DNA from: Macrostomum lignano
Lineage: Eukaryota
Length of the DNA: 64,000 nucleotides
Direction of reading: 5' to 3'
Assembly (NCBI GenBank): GCA_002269645.1
Contig: NIVC01001556.1
Location: 62,001 to 126,000 of the forward strand
Shown here in pieces: positions 52,215 to 64,000 of this stretch. The translations under genes and the position numbers were made by a program. The notes under the pieces were generated by a model. It did no database searches. It was not told where the DNA came from and saw only the letters and a list, made by a program, of their open reading frames with translations. Within the stretch, counting starts at the first letter, position 1. Each line of letters opens with the position of its first letter.

Positions 52215-52706
52215 ATGATCTAGGGTGACTGTGATCTAGGTTGAGTGTGATCTAGGGTGAGTGTGATCTAGGGTGTCTGTGATCTAGGGTGACTGTGATC
52301 TAGTGTGACTGTGATCTAGTGTGACTGTGATCTAGTGTGACTGTGATCTAGGGTGACTGTGATCTAGTGTGACTGTGATCTAGGGTGAGTGTGATCTAGG
52401 GTGACTGTGATCTAGGGTGTCTGTGATCTAGGGTGTCTGTGATCTAGGGTGTCTGTGATCTAGTGTGACTGTGATCTAGTGTGACTGTGATCTAGTGTGA
52501 CTGTGATCTAGGGTGACTGTGATCTAGTGTGACTGTGATCTAGTGTGACTGTGATCTAGGGTGACTGTGATCTAGTGTGACTGTGATCTAGTGTGACTGT
52601 GATCTAGTGTGACTGTGATCTAGGGTGACTGTGATCTAGGGTGACTGTGATCTAGGGTGACTGTGATCTAGGGTGACTGTGATCTAGGGTGACTGTGATC
52701 TAGGGT
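52215..52706. repeat. 16-bp satellite (gtgatctagggtgact), left part
   Basis: About 30 copies; interrupted by the LINE. Confidence 0.95.
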
Positions 52707-53785
52707 CACAATGTGCGTACAACGTGCCTGAGCAGCTGATCTCCGCCGTCATGGCGATGTACCGTGATACGACAGCTGCTGTGACAACACCGGACGGCCT
52801 ATCGGACTCCTTTGAGACATCCTCCGGAGTGCTTCAGGGAGATACGCTGGCGCCGTTTCTGTTCGTCCTGGTGCTTGACTGGGTGCTGCGGACTGCTCTT
52901 CCTACCGACGACGACGGTTTTCTGCTGCAGCGACGCGTGGGTCGACGTCAACCGGAGAAGCGGCTCAGCGTGCTTGGCTACGCCGACGACCTCGCCCTGC
53001 TGTCCTCGACCGTCGAGGGCGCCCAACGGCAGCTGGACAGGCTGGTTGCCGTTGCGGCGAGTGTCGGCCTGGTGGTCAACACGCAGAAGACCGTTGTGCT
53101 CTGCGTGCCGGACGACATCGAGGCTGCAATATTTTGCCGAGGCGCTGACGGGCAGGCGACCGAACTCCCGCGATGTCAGCAGTTCGTCTACCTCGGCGGT
53201 CTGGTTCCAGACGCTCGCGAGGACCTGCGACGCCGCCGCGGGCTTGCTTGGGCTGCCTTTCGTTCTGTGAGGGCAGTCCTGCAGTCCGAGGCCCTACCGG
53301 ACCGCCAGAGGGCGGCGCTGTTCCAGGCGGTAATCGAGACCGTCCTGCTGTACAACGCCGAGACCTGGACGCTGACGGACTCACTCGAACAGCAAGTCGA
53401 TGCGGCGCACGCTGGTCTGCTGCGCGCCGCCTTCAACATCGGCGTCGAGCGAGTCACCAACGCGGCACTCTATCGCCGCGCTGGCCTGCCACGTCCAAGT
53501 GATCTACTGCGCCGTCGGCGACTCCAGCTCGCAGGCCATCTCATCCGCGCCGAGTCGTACTGCCCACAGCCGGTGCAGGAGGTGCTGCTGCTCACGCTGC
53601 AGGCACCCTACCGGCGAGGTCAAGCGCGAACTCGGCGTTATGTCGACTGTCTGCTGGCTGACGCCGGCGCCCCGGACACTGCCGGTGGCGCGGCCTTTGT
53701 TCGCGCCCAAGCCATGAAGCGCGCCCTGTGACGCTGACTTTTACCATCATGACAGCGTATTTTGTTGTTGTTGTTGTTGTTGTTG
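52707..53785 (+). mobile_element. 5'-truncated non-LTR retrotransposon (RTE-like LINE): partial reverse transcriptase ORF, short 3' UTR and (TTG)n tail
   Basis: ORF 52724-53731 contains GVLQGDTLAPFLF, LGYADDLALL, GLVVNTQKT, FVYLGG and VLLYNAETWTL; the tail ttgttgttg.. runs ~53762-53785. The endonuclease and N-terminal RT are missing. Clade is inferred from these motifs and the short-repeat tail. Confidence 0.93.
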
Positions 53786-54478
53786 TGATCTAGGGTGTCT
53801 GTGATCTAGGGTGTCTGTGATCTAGGGTGACTGTGATCTAGGATGTCTGTGATCTAGGGTGTCTGTGATCTAGTGTGTCTGTGATCTAGGGTGTCTGTGA
53901 TCTAGGGTGTCTGTGATCTAGGGTGTCTGTGATCTAGGGTGTCTGTGATCTACAGTGTCTGTGATCTAGTGTGACTGTGATCTAGGGTGTCTGTGATCTA
54001 GAGTGTCTGTGATCTAGGGTGTTGGTAATCTAGGGTGAGTGTGATCTAGGGTGACTGTGATCTAGGGTGTCTGATCTAGGGTGACTGTGATCTAGGGTGA
54101 CTGTGATCTAGGGTGTCTGTGATCTAGGGTGACTGTGATCTAGGGTGTCTGATCTAGGGTGACTGTGATCTAGGGTGACTGTGATCTAGGGTGTCTGATC
54201 TAGGGTGACTGTGATCTAGGGTGACTGTGATCTAGGGTGACTGTGATCTAGGGTGTCTGTGATCTAGGGTGTCTGTGATCTAGGGTGTCTGTGATCTAGG
54301 GTGTCTGTGATCTAGGGTGTCTGTGATCTAGGGTGTCTGTGATCTAGTGTGTCTGTGATCTAGGGTGTCTGATATCTAGGGTGTCTGTGATCTAGGGTGT
54401 CTGTGATCTAGGGTGTCTGATATCTAGGGTGTCTGTGATCTAGGGTGTCGGTGATCTAGGGTGTCTGTGATCTATGAT
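53786..54478. repeat. 16-bp satellite (gtgatctagggtg[t/a]ct), right part
   Basis: The same unit resumes immediately after the LINE tail. Confidence 0.95.
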
Positions 54479-55264
54479 GTCTTCAATTCTGATGCAGGGT
54501 GTCTTAAAGCCTGATCGAGGTTGTCTGATTTTTGATAAGGTATCATTAAGCTTTTCCTAATCTCTGGTGTTTCCTAATCTTCGGACACTGATCTCTGGTG
54601 TTGCAGTCGGGTGTCCGTTAGGCGCTCACTCTGTGCTGTCCAGTAGCCTAGCAGAGCCTACAGAAGTATTATGATATCCTATAAATAATATTAATAAACC
54701 TATAGCTTGCGGTTTAACCCGGGGTAGAAAAACAACAGACCCACACAGGGAGAGCATAAATTAATTTGGCATTGCTACAGGCAAGCAGAAGGCCAGTCAC
54801 GAATGCCGCTCCAAAAACGACTACGCATAGCTGTTCACACTAGTGAGAAAAAACCATTATAAGCAGTCACTGCATGGCCGCCCAGCTGTTGCTCCTGTTG
54901 AGGCAAACTTCTGAGCGATCAAATTCAATTCAACTTACGCATAGCAAGTATGCTTGGTATTGTTGGTACGCAATAAATCCAGTTAGAGAAGGCTCTCAGT
55001 GAGTAACTATAATTCCTACGAGTACTTACATACCTGTGTAACAACTAAAATTACATTAGAAAGCAATTGCAAACCGGCTTCTCTTTCTCTGAGTCTGCTT
55101 CCTTTGCGAAAGCAATAGTTATTTAATTAGCCTCGTAAAAAGCACTTCAATCCAGGGAGCAACAGAACATCTGACAGTTTTTCTCTTAGCCTAGTTACTT
55201 TAAGTAGAATTGCGTGACAATAAATAGCTAAAAAAAGTTTGCATCTATGAAATTAACTTGTTTC

Positions 55265-55550
55265 AGGTCGTTGATTCAGGGTGTCTTTGGGCTTTGATTT
55301 AGGGTGTCTTTGGGCTTTGATTTAGGGTGTCTTTGGGCTTTGATTCAGGGTGTCTTTGGGCTTTGCTCTAGGGTGTCTTTGGGCTTTGCTCTAGGGTGTC
55401 TTTGGGCTTTGCTCTAGGGTGTCTTTGGGCTTTGCTCTAGGGTGTCTTTGGACTTTGCTCTAGGGTGTCTTTGGGCTTTGCTCTAGGGTGTCTTTGGGCT
55501 TTGCTCTAGGGTGTCTTTGGGCTTTGAGCTAGGGTGTTTTAGTTTTAATT
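55265..55550. repeat. 23-bp repeat (agggtgtctttgggctttgctct)
   Basis: About 12 copies. Confidence 0.9.
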
Positions 55551-57253
55551 CAGGGTGGAACGATAAGCACGTCCGACTCTCACTACGACCTCCAGTTTGA
55601 TTCCGTGCAAGGTCAGATTAATTTGGGCCATGCCTGACGATTAGAAAGTCAACAAAGGGCCCCTGTACACCCTGTGTGAGCGTGTGTGTGAGTGCTGTGC
55701 CTGCGTACAGTATTGGCGCGCTTGCATGTGCTCCGGAGTCAGCGGAATGGGCAGAATTGGCGTCAGCGCTGGTTGTGAGACGATGTCGCCGTTGCGCCAG
55801 GGTGCTCACAGACTTCCTTATAAGTACAAAGTCGTGTTAGTATAAATCTAAAGTGTCTTACTTGAACTTGTTATAAGAGACCTTTTAGCCAGATCTATGT
55901 TTTGCTAATCCTAGTTGCTAGTTACGGTTTTCGATATCCTAGCCATTAACGGTGGACTCTGCAGCAGGCAGTAACAGAAGCGGTTGTTTAATGGTTGATA
56001 TAGATAGACATAGGCATCAGTTCTGTCCAAGGACTCAAGAAACTCCACCCTGCAACTGAGCTGATCCGATACTCTCCTGCTCAAAATATTGTCCAGGCTT
56101 TTGAGACTAAAATTTTCTAAACTGGAATTGTCCCACTGTCTGTGTGAATTTTAGTGACGAATAGACGCACAGGTTACATGTTAAATTGGCAGCTACATGT
56201 TAAATCCAGAAAGATTTTTCCCCTTCGTGTTGAGAAAAAAAGCAAATCATAGCAAAATGCGTTTAGAGAACACGGGTCGTAAATAATATTATATTAAGGC
56301 ACGCAGGTACCTTGGGACCGATCTCTGCAAGCGAGCAGCTATGCTGTGACGTCAGCATTGGCACTGCAAACTAAAGAAGAAGAAGTTAAAGGTGACCAGG
56401 CCGGACACGTAGGACCAAGCGATTCTGGGGCCAGTGAGCTGGATGTCAATGTGGTGTCAAACATGCAAATCACCGGCGTTAATCAGGAACATCTGGCGAC
56501 GGCGAAGTTTAGCTTTAACAATTTACTGCACCTTCTTCGAATGCAAATTCGTTTGATAAATAAGACAGCTAATGATATGAAGCTTAATACGACTTGATAG
56601 GACTTTACCATAATTAATTTAAAATAAATTGTTGCTTCGTTTGTCTGGTTTGCCCTTTAAATTAAAATTTCGGTTTGTCTTACAGTTAATGACATGAGGA
56701 CATTAACGTGAAGTGACATTTCGATCAATTAAAAGCCAGTCTTTAATGGCTTGATTCTCCCGCTAGCCATTGAATTGCTGGTTCCTGGGCTTTGTTGTTT
56801 AAAAATGTTGTTCATATTGTTTGCAAATTATTATATACTCGTAGATAAACTTGTAGTTCAACCACGGACTAAAAACAAACGCTTGCTCGATTTGCAAGAT
56901 TTGCTTGCTCATGATAGCTCGTAATACCTTGCCGGGGTTGAATAACAGGCACTCACCTGACTAAGCAAGGTTTATCATTGGACAATGAGGCAAGAGCTTA
57001 GATCCCCTCTTAATCCCTGACCAATGCCACTTAACTGCTCAGAGACTTCCAGCACAATTCGCTCTGATCAAGTTGCTTATCTGCTCCTTTTATCCGACAA
57101 CAAAAAAGAAATTCTTCAGCAATTCGACAACAATGCCAGTCGATATGCCATCGACTGCAGGTCTCAAGTGACAAACCTTTTCTTTCGGAAGATAAATACC
57201 CTGTCTGATTGTCCATGCTGGCTAGCAGGCTGCTCAAACTTTGTCGAATAATC

Positions 57254-60200
57254 ATGAAGTTCTGCTTGTCAGGGACAAGTCGACCACTCGACTGGTTGTT
57301 GCTTTCGGTGCTGCTCTGCCTGGCGCCGAGACTGAGCTTTGGCGCAGACTATCGGGTGCTGGTGGCTGTGGAAGATCCTTGGACTGGGAGCGACACCTTC
57401 GTGCGCGATGTTTTTCATCGGCGGATTGCAATGAACTGGCGACTAAACATGGGGTCGAACACTGTGACTCCGCTGGTGCTCCGAACTGCCGGCCCAAGGC
57501 AGGTCACGGAAATTGAGCGGCAGGGTGAGTGACGGCATTTCATTGACACTTCGTCAAAGTTGGTAGCTGTGTAACTAAACTAACTACATGTACTTAGCAT
57601 GCGCGCTGCACTTTTTACAGTCTGCGATGCCGCGTCCTCCGGTGCCGCTGGCCTGCTGGCAGTTGGCAACTGTCCGTTCCTGACTGACTTGAGCATCTTG
57701 GCCAACAGCCTGCAGTTGCCGTTTATCGGGGCTCCGACTGCGCTGTGCCGAATGAAGTTCAACAATGGTAGGAGCTGAAAGACCCCGTCCCATCTTCCAA
57801 CCATTTGCTGCAACAATAACTGAATACCCGTCCCATCTTCCAACCATTTGCTGCAACAATAACTGAATACCCGTCCCATCTTCCAACCATTTGCTGCAAC
57901 AATAACTGAAGACCCGTTCTATCTTCCAGCCATTTGCTGCAACAGTGTCTGAATACCCGTTCCATCTTCCAACCATTTGCTGCAACAGTGTCTGAATACC
58001 CGTTCCATCTTCCAACCATTTGCTGCAACAGTGTCTGAAGACCTCGTCCCATCTTCCAACCATTTGCTGCAACAATAACTGAAGACCCCGTCCCATTTTC
58101 CAACCATTTGCTGCAACAATAACTGAAGACCCGTTCTATCTTCCAGCCATTTGCTGCAACAGTGTCTGAATACCCGTTCCATCTTCCAACCATTTGCTGC
58201 AACAGTGTCTGAAGACCTCGTCCCATCTTCCAACCATTTGCTGCAACAATAACTGAAGACCCGTTCTATCTTCCAACCATTTGCCGCAAAAGTGTCTGAA
58301 GACCCCGTTCCATCCTCCAACCATTTGCTGCAACAATGTCTGAAGACCCCGTTCCATCCTCCAACCATTAGATGCAACAGTGACTGAAGACCCCGTTCCA
58401 TCTTCCAACCATTTGCTGCAACAATAACTGAAGACCCGTTCCATCTTCCAACCATTTGCCGCAACAGTGTCTGAAGACCCGTTTTATCTTCCAACCATTT
58501 GCTGCAACAACAACTGAAGACCCGTTCTATCTTCCAACCATTTGCCGCAAAAGTGTCTGAAGACCCGTTCCATCCTCCAACCATTTGCTGCAACAATAAC
58601 TGAAGACCCCGTTCCATCCTCCAATCGTTTTCTGCAACAGTGTCTGAAGACCCCGTTTCATCTTCCAATCATTTGCTGCATCTTTCAATTAGTGTCAAAT
58701 CTACTGCAACACGGTCAAACCAGAGTACCTGGGAACAAACCATATAAACACTCGAACCGTTGCCAGACTTTGGATTCACCTCGGGTCACGACCCCAGCAA
58801 CCTGATTGACGCGGCGGTGAGCGTGCTGCAAACCAGAGCGCCCGATTCTGTTGTCCTCTACTACGACTCAAATCAGGGTGAGTTGGACAGTCTAACAAAC
58901 CGCAAGCATAATTGATGAATGATCAATAAAAGTGAGGCATTGTTGGATTTCAGACAGCACCATTGTGGAGGAAGCGCAGACCAAGCTAGCAGCCAACGGA
59001 ATTGGCTCGCTGACATTCTCTGTAGATCATCTGAACTCGTCAGTGCTGGTTGAACAGATGCAGAAATTTGTGAAGAACAAAATTCGGCACTTTCTAGTGA
59101 TTGCTGCAGAGTCAACTGTTGGAACAATCTTGCGCAGCGCCGCGGACACCAAAGTAATGCAGCAGAACTACTTCTGGGTGGTTTTAGACACGGGCCTATC
59201 CGAGGCGACGCTGTTGCCTTACGCTATACCGAATTCAAACATTGCGCTAGTGAGAGGTGGCGCATTCGGATTGGACAAGTCGGGCTCGTGTCCCTCCGCT
59301 GTGGTGGAGGTGTTTCCGGCCTGCAATGCCACTGCTGTGAAGGTAAACAGCTCGTAGTGTGCATGGCAACTAAAGTAATTTTGGTATACGAAGGGGCAGA
59401 GCTGCTCAGAGGTGCCAAGATCCCCGGTTCGGCCACATTAATTTGGGGCTTGTGCGCTCGAAAATTGGCCGGGAGTTGTCGTGGGTGTTCACACATACAG
59501 TATGAGGACCAACCCCTAAGGTACAGAGAGTGTACATGCCTGACGATTAGACAGTCAGGACCGCTGTACACCCTGTGTGAGCGTGTGTATGAGTGCGCGC
59601 CTGCATACAGTATTGGCGTACTTGTAAATGTATGTGAGGAGTCAGCGGAATGGGCAGAATTGTTGTCAATGGGACGATGTTGCGCCAAGGGTGCCCGCTG
59701 CCCTCCTGCAAAAATTATTTACTATTACTATTATTGTGAAAGCTTTTGCCCTTACTCCCGTAACCAGACTTCAGAGGTGCGATTCGCCGACGCAGTGGAG
59801 GCGCTGGCGAAGGCGCTCAACGACTCCTTGTCGACTCACTCCATCACGCCGAGCAATGTCAGCTGCTCCGCCAAACAGAATTGGACCTGGGGCCGCACTC
59901 TGAACGACGCAATCGCGTCGGTGAGTTGGTCTCTCAATCAGCTGTTTATCTCTGCTGAGTTAATCCAGCTGCTCAAGCATCTCAGTTCTGCATCTCTATT
60001 TCAGATTTCAAACTACGATACATTCCGTGGCGTTATTGGTTTCAACTCGACCAGCCGGTACTTCAACGGCCAGGATGTCGAAGTGTTTGGCACCTGGAAC
60101 GAGAGAAGCTCCGGCTGGCCAGTAATGCAGCTGTCGGCCAGATTCCGCATAGCAACTCGCCACCTGACTGTGCTGGCTCAAGTTCGCGGCTCCAGCGTCG

Positions 60201-63200
60201 CTTTTCCGAACACTTTTCTGGGATTTAAAAACGAGACAATCGTTATCTGTTCGCCATTTGTAAGCCTTTTATGAGATTATAAAGCTCAATTACATCTGCC
60301 AGACTTGTCATAACAGTCTCCACTTTCAGTTCAGTAGCTAGGAAGCATATATGTAAGCTATTATATAAAAAGAAAAGCAGCTGGACTGAATTGCTATTGG
60401 CGCAGCCGTTGATGTACATTAGCCAGCGCCGCTGAGAATGTACATGGATTGGCAGGCAGATTTATACTAAGTCCGAGGAAGGCAATAAAAATGGGGTGGC
60501 GGGGCCGGGGTAGAAGAGGTTTGGTGGGGAAAGAAGCGCGGCGGCCAGGGGGGGGGGCTAGGAGGGGTTAAGAGAGCCAATAAACGAGTCCTGTCATAAA
60601 TTACATTAAAATGCTTTTTATTCAACTTACTACTGAACTGAAAGTAGCTTACACGCAAATAAATAATCCGTGTATTTACTAATCACTTCTTGCCGCTTTC
60701 GCAGGCTCCTCCGTACACTTACCATGAGGAGTCATATCCCAACGGGACAGTAGTTCTTGGCGGCATGGTGCGAGCCCTGATCGACAGGCTGGCCGAGAGA
60801 ATGGAGTTCCGGTAGGGGGGTTTTATTGCTTTAAGCGTAGGATTCAACTATGAGTGTTTTTTACCTTTGCAATGCAACAATATTTTCGACACTGCCTGTC
60901 AGGTACATCGCCCAGAACTCAGCGGATCGAACATTCGGAATTGTTCCTCCTGGTAGCAGCTATGCCACCGGTTGCGTTGGCGAAGTCCAGAATGGGGTGA
61001 GTCATCGATTCAACAGGCGAGCTAAATAAAATACCTTCTAAAGTATTATAGAAACTAGTTCTTGGTAAACGCCCTCTGCGTCTTGACAGTCGATAGCAGC
61101 AACGCTCTAGCAACCATGTGTGATGCATGTAACTGCATACCTTTGATGATATCTGAAATGAGTGTCTATAGGGCGTCACTTCATCTGGCTGGGGTGCCAT
61201 TTAACTCGACTGGACACCAGCACCAGGGGCTTTAGCACCAGGGGTGTTAGCACCAGGGGCTTTAGCACCAGGGGCTTTAGCACCAGGGGTGTTAGTACCA
61301 GGGGTGTTAGCACCAGGGGTGTTAGCACCAGGGGTGTTAGCACCAGGGGCTTTAGCACCAGGGGCACTTTAGCGTTAGGACACTCCAACGCATCCGACGT
61401 TCCACAGACGGTAACCCTGGGCGGTGGCCCGTTCGGCAAGAGCGTCAACCGGGCATCCGTGGTGGAATACTCGGCCGCATTTTTCGAGGAGTCGATGGCC
61501 CTGTTGGTGCACCGTCCGCCGCCGGAGTCCAAGCTGTGGAACCTGCTGAGACCGCTGCAGCTGTACGTTTGGATTACTCTGGGAGCCACCGTGATACTCG
61601 CCTCGCTAATCATGTGGGCCCTGGCTTACTTTTCACCTTTCTCAGCCTGGAATTTGGGCCTAGATTACGCCTGCGCTGACGAGGTGTGGCTGCAAGAGTA
61701 CGTCTGGATCAGCATCGGCAGCTTCCTACAGCAGGGCCAGGACTTCAATCCGTTTGCTATGTCGCCGAGAACTGTGCTGGCCTTCTGGTGGATGTTCGCA
61801 CTCATCATACTGGCTGTGTACACTGGTGAGTGCGGGCTGTCTGCACAGCTGAAGTAGCGGGATGCTACGCTCGGTTTTCTTAGAAACGATCCGAAGGGCG
61901 GTCAGTGCATTCAGTATAGGCTCTGGAGAAATCGAATTTGTCTATGGCTAAACCCCATTCAGCGCTATGCGTTCTCCAGAGCATACCCAAGAACTGTCCA
62001 GATAACGATTTAAAGCCCTTTCATTCTTTAAAATAAAATATTAAAGAACTTGTACACCTTCAATAATGATCACCAGGTGACCTGGCCTCCGATCTGGTTG
62101 TGTCAAACGAGGTTCTGTCTATCAAGACGCTGCAAGACCTGGCTGACAGCGACGTTGTGACACCGGCCGTTGGCGAGGGATCCTTCACGTGGGGCCTGAT
62201 CCAGGCTGGCGGCCGGCCGGAATTTGAGAAGCTGTCAAAGCGCCTCGTCACCTTTCAGGGCCCCCGCGGCTGCAGGGAGATGGTGAGACGCAGGGACTAG
62301 CTTAGAGTGAGGTGGGTGGCGGAGTGAGGTGGGTGGCGGAGTGAGGTGGCTGGCGGAGTGAGGTGGGTGGCGGAGTGAGGTGGGTGGCGGAGTGAGGTGG
62401 GTGGCGGAGTGAGGTGGCTGGCGGAGTGAGGTGGGTGGCGGAGTGAGGTGGGTGGCGGAGTGAGGTGGGTGGCGGAGTGAGGTGGGTGGCGGAGTGAGGT
62501 GGGTGGCGGAGTGAGGTGGGTGGCGGAGTGAGGTGGGTGGCGGAGTGAGGTGGGTGGCGGAGTGAGGTGGGTGGCAGAGTGAGGTGGGTGGCAGAGTGAG
62601 GTGGGTGGCGGAGTGAGGTGGGTGGCGGAGTGAGGTGGGTGGCGGAGTGAGGTGGGTGGCGGAGTGAGGTGGGTGGCGGAGTGAGGTGGGTGTAACGGAG
62701 TGAGGTGGGTGTGGGAGTGAGGTGGGTATGGGAGTGATGTGGGTGTCGGAGTGAGGTGGTTGTCCGACTGAAGTAGGTGGCGGAGTGAGGTGGGTGCCAG
62801 AGAGCATCCAGATTGTCTTCTTCCTGTACGACCCTAGGTGCTGAGCAGCAACATCGCGTGCATGATCGACTTCACCTTTGCAACCCTGGTGTACAACCAG
62901 TTCTGCGACAAGGTGTACCTTGGCGAAGAGAAATTCTACACCATAACTGTCGGCTTCATCTGGCCACCGGATTCCTACTTTGCCGATCTGTTAAATTTTT
63001 AGTGAGTCAGGAAGTAAATCTTCTTATCAATTTAATGAAGCAGAACTTTTATTAATATTGCTCGCCTTGTTCAGCATCCAACGGCTGTACGAGTCCGGCT
63101 ACATCTGGCGGTCATTTGAGAAGAGCGCGAACAGTTCGTTTGGATGCTCTGCCTCAAACAGCGTACCACCTGGCCAGTCCATCACCCTGGAGGGCTCCGG

Positions 63201-63315
63201 CGCCTGCTTCATCCTGCTGGCCGGCTGCTTTGCGGTCGGCCTGATCCTGCTGCTGATGGAGCTGGCCTGGGTGCGCCTGTGCGGCAAGAGTCCGCTGGAC
63301 TCGTTTATCTTCTAG
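57254..63315 (+). CDS. Divergent ionotropic glutamate receptor-family subunit (signal-ATD-S1-M1-M2-M3-S2-M4), 12 exons (57254-57524, 57621-57767, 58767-58877, 58954-59342, 59768-59920, 60005-60259, 60705-60811, 60903-60996, 61408-61825, 62077-62282, 62838-63001, 63075-63315), ~851 aa
   Basis: All 11 introns are GT-AG and phase-consistent (2556 nt). Motifs: signal peptide; ATD ANSLQLPFI; S1 APPY..GMVRALIDRLAERMEFRY, TGCVGEV, NRASVVEYSAAF; M1 LRPLQLYVWITL; M2 WISIGSFLQQG; M3 VLAFWWMFALIILAVYTGDLASDL; S2 IKTLQDLA..IQRLYESG; M4 GACFILLAG. Confidence 0.92.
57775..58680. repeat. 43-44-bp minisatellite (cttccaaccatttgctgcaacaataactgaagacccgttccat) filling iGluR intron 2
   Basis: About 21 copies; explains the ORFs at 57580-58668. 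Confidence 0.93.
59380..59710. mobile_element. Dispersed repeat (unclassified non-autonomous element) in iGluR intron 4; partial copies at ~55630-55810, ~41575-41665 and ~26305-26355
   Basis: Shared segments ctgtacaccctgtgtgagcgtgtgt..cctgc[g/a]tacagtattggcg and gagtcagcggaatgggcagaattg. Confidence 0.65.
61215..61368. repeat. 15-bp repeat (ttagcaccagggg[ct/tg]t), iGluR intron 8
   Basis: About 10 copies. Confidence 0.9.
62305..62795. repeat. 17-bp G-rich repeat (ggcggagtgaggtgggt) filling iGluR intron 10
   Basis: About 28 copies. Confidence 0.93.
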
Positions 63316-63404
63316 AAGAAGAAGAAGATTGATGAGGGGGCGCCTGGTGCGCGTGTGCGAAGAGATAATTTGCTTTTTAACGCGATGGGAAGACATTGAA
63401 TAAG

Positions 63405-63580
63405 TAAAATCATGAGTTCTTGAGTTTTTGAGTTCTTGAGTCCATGAGTTCTTGAGTCCATGAGTCCATGAGTTCTTGAGTCCATGAGTTCTTGAGTCCA
63501 TGAGTTCTTGAGTCCATGAGTTCTTGAGTCCATGAGTTCTTGAGTTCTTGAGTCCATGAGTTCTTGAGTTCATAAGTTCA
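63405..63580. repeat. 16-bp repeat (atgagttcttgagtcc) downstream of the iGluR stop
   Basis: About 10 copies. Confidence 0.88.
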
Positions 63581-64000
63581 TGGGTGATTTTAAGAGTTCC
63601 TATATAAGTGGCTTCAACGGTTTCACATGCGAAACTATAAAACAAAATTATATTTTTGTCCAGTACTGAGAAGCAGGAAAATAAATTCGAAACCAACTGT
63701 TATAATCGGATTTCTTGCATTAAAATTGCCACGAAATTGACTTGATTTCTTTTTGTGGGAATCAACGACGAATAGAAGTGAATTTTATGAAGGGTGTGCC
63801 AGTCAGAGCGGGGTTGGAGATTTTAAACTGCATTTTCTCTGCATAAGTGAGGAGGATAGTGTCAAATCAAAATCCTATGAATTTGGCATAAATCATGCGC
63901 AACACGGATTATCGGCTGCATCAGGTGCTATTTAATAGCCAAGGATTTCAATAAACCGCTGCTGCTGCGCCGGATAGAAACTAGTAGCATAGCAACTACC

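Noticed and set aside
56346-56597. 83-aa ORF upstream of the iGluR (also the unique part of 50926-51216 on the minus strand)
   Set aside because: No recognisable domain or splice partner; cannot be supported as a gene

Overview
Eukaryotic (invertebrate animal) genomic DNA. GC-rich exons sit in AT-rich introns and intergenic DNA packed with tandem arrays. A Macrostomum-like free-living flatworm is a plausible source, but that is inference only (minisatellite density, polyQ-rich exons, RTE-type LINE with a (TTG)n tail). Gene models were built by hand with GT-AG phase checks: (1) an intronless very-large-inducible-GTPase (GVIN/URGCP family) gene on the minus strand, about 1,594 codons in one frame, interrupted by two in-frame stops and ending in a CaaX box; (2) a 3-exon orphan coiled-coil gene; (3) a 5-exon FBXO36 orthologue; (4) a Q-rich/FG-repeat gene with one in-frame TAA inside a coding 33-bp repeat; (5) a 3-exon NPY/NPF neuropeptide precursor (RPRF-GKR); (6) a 5-exon DH-domain RhoGEF with no visible PH domain; (7) a 12-exon divergent ionotropic glutamate-receptor-family gene whose SYTANLAAF gate reads VYTGDLASD. 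Mobile DNA comprises a 5'-truncated RTE-type LINE inside a 16-bp satellite, a tRNA-derived CORE-type SINE, a TIR element and a foldback inverted repeat. About 20 tandem arrays are present, including a 9.8-kb 11-bp satellite with kb-scale higher-order structure and a 1.6-kb (ATCT)n tract. Most long ORFs in the supplied track are repeat artefacts. No rRNA, intact tRNA or CRISPR array was seen.
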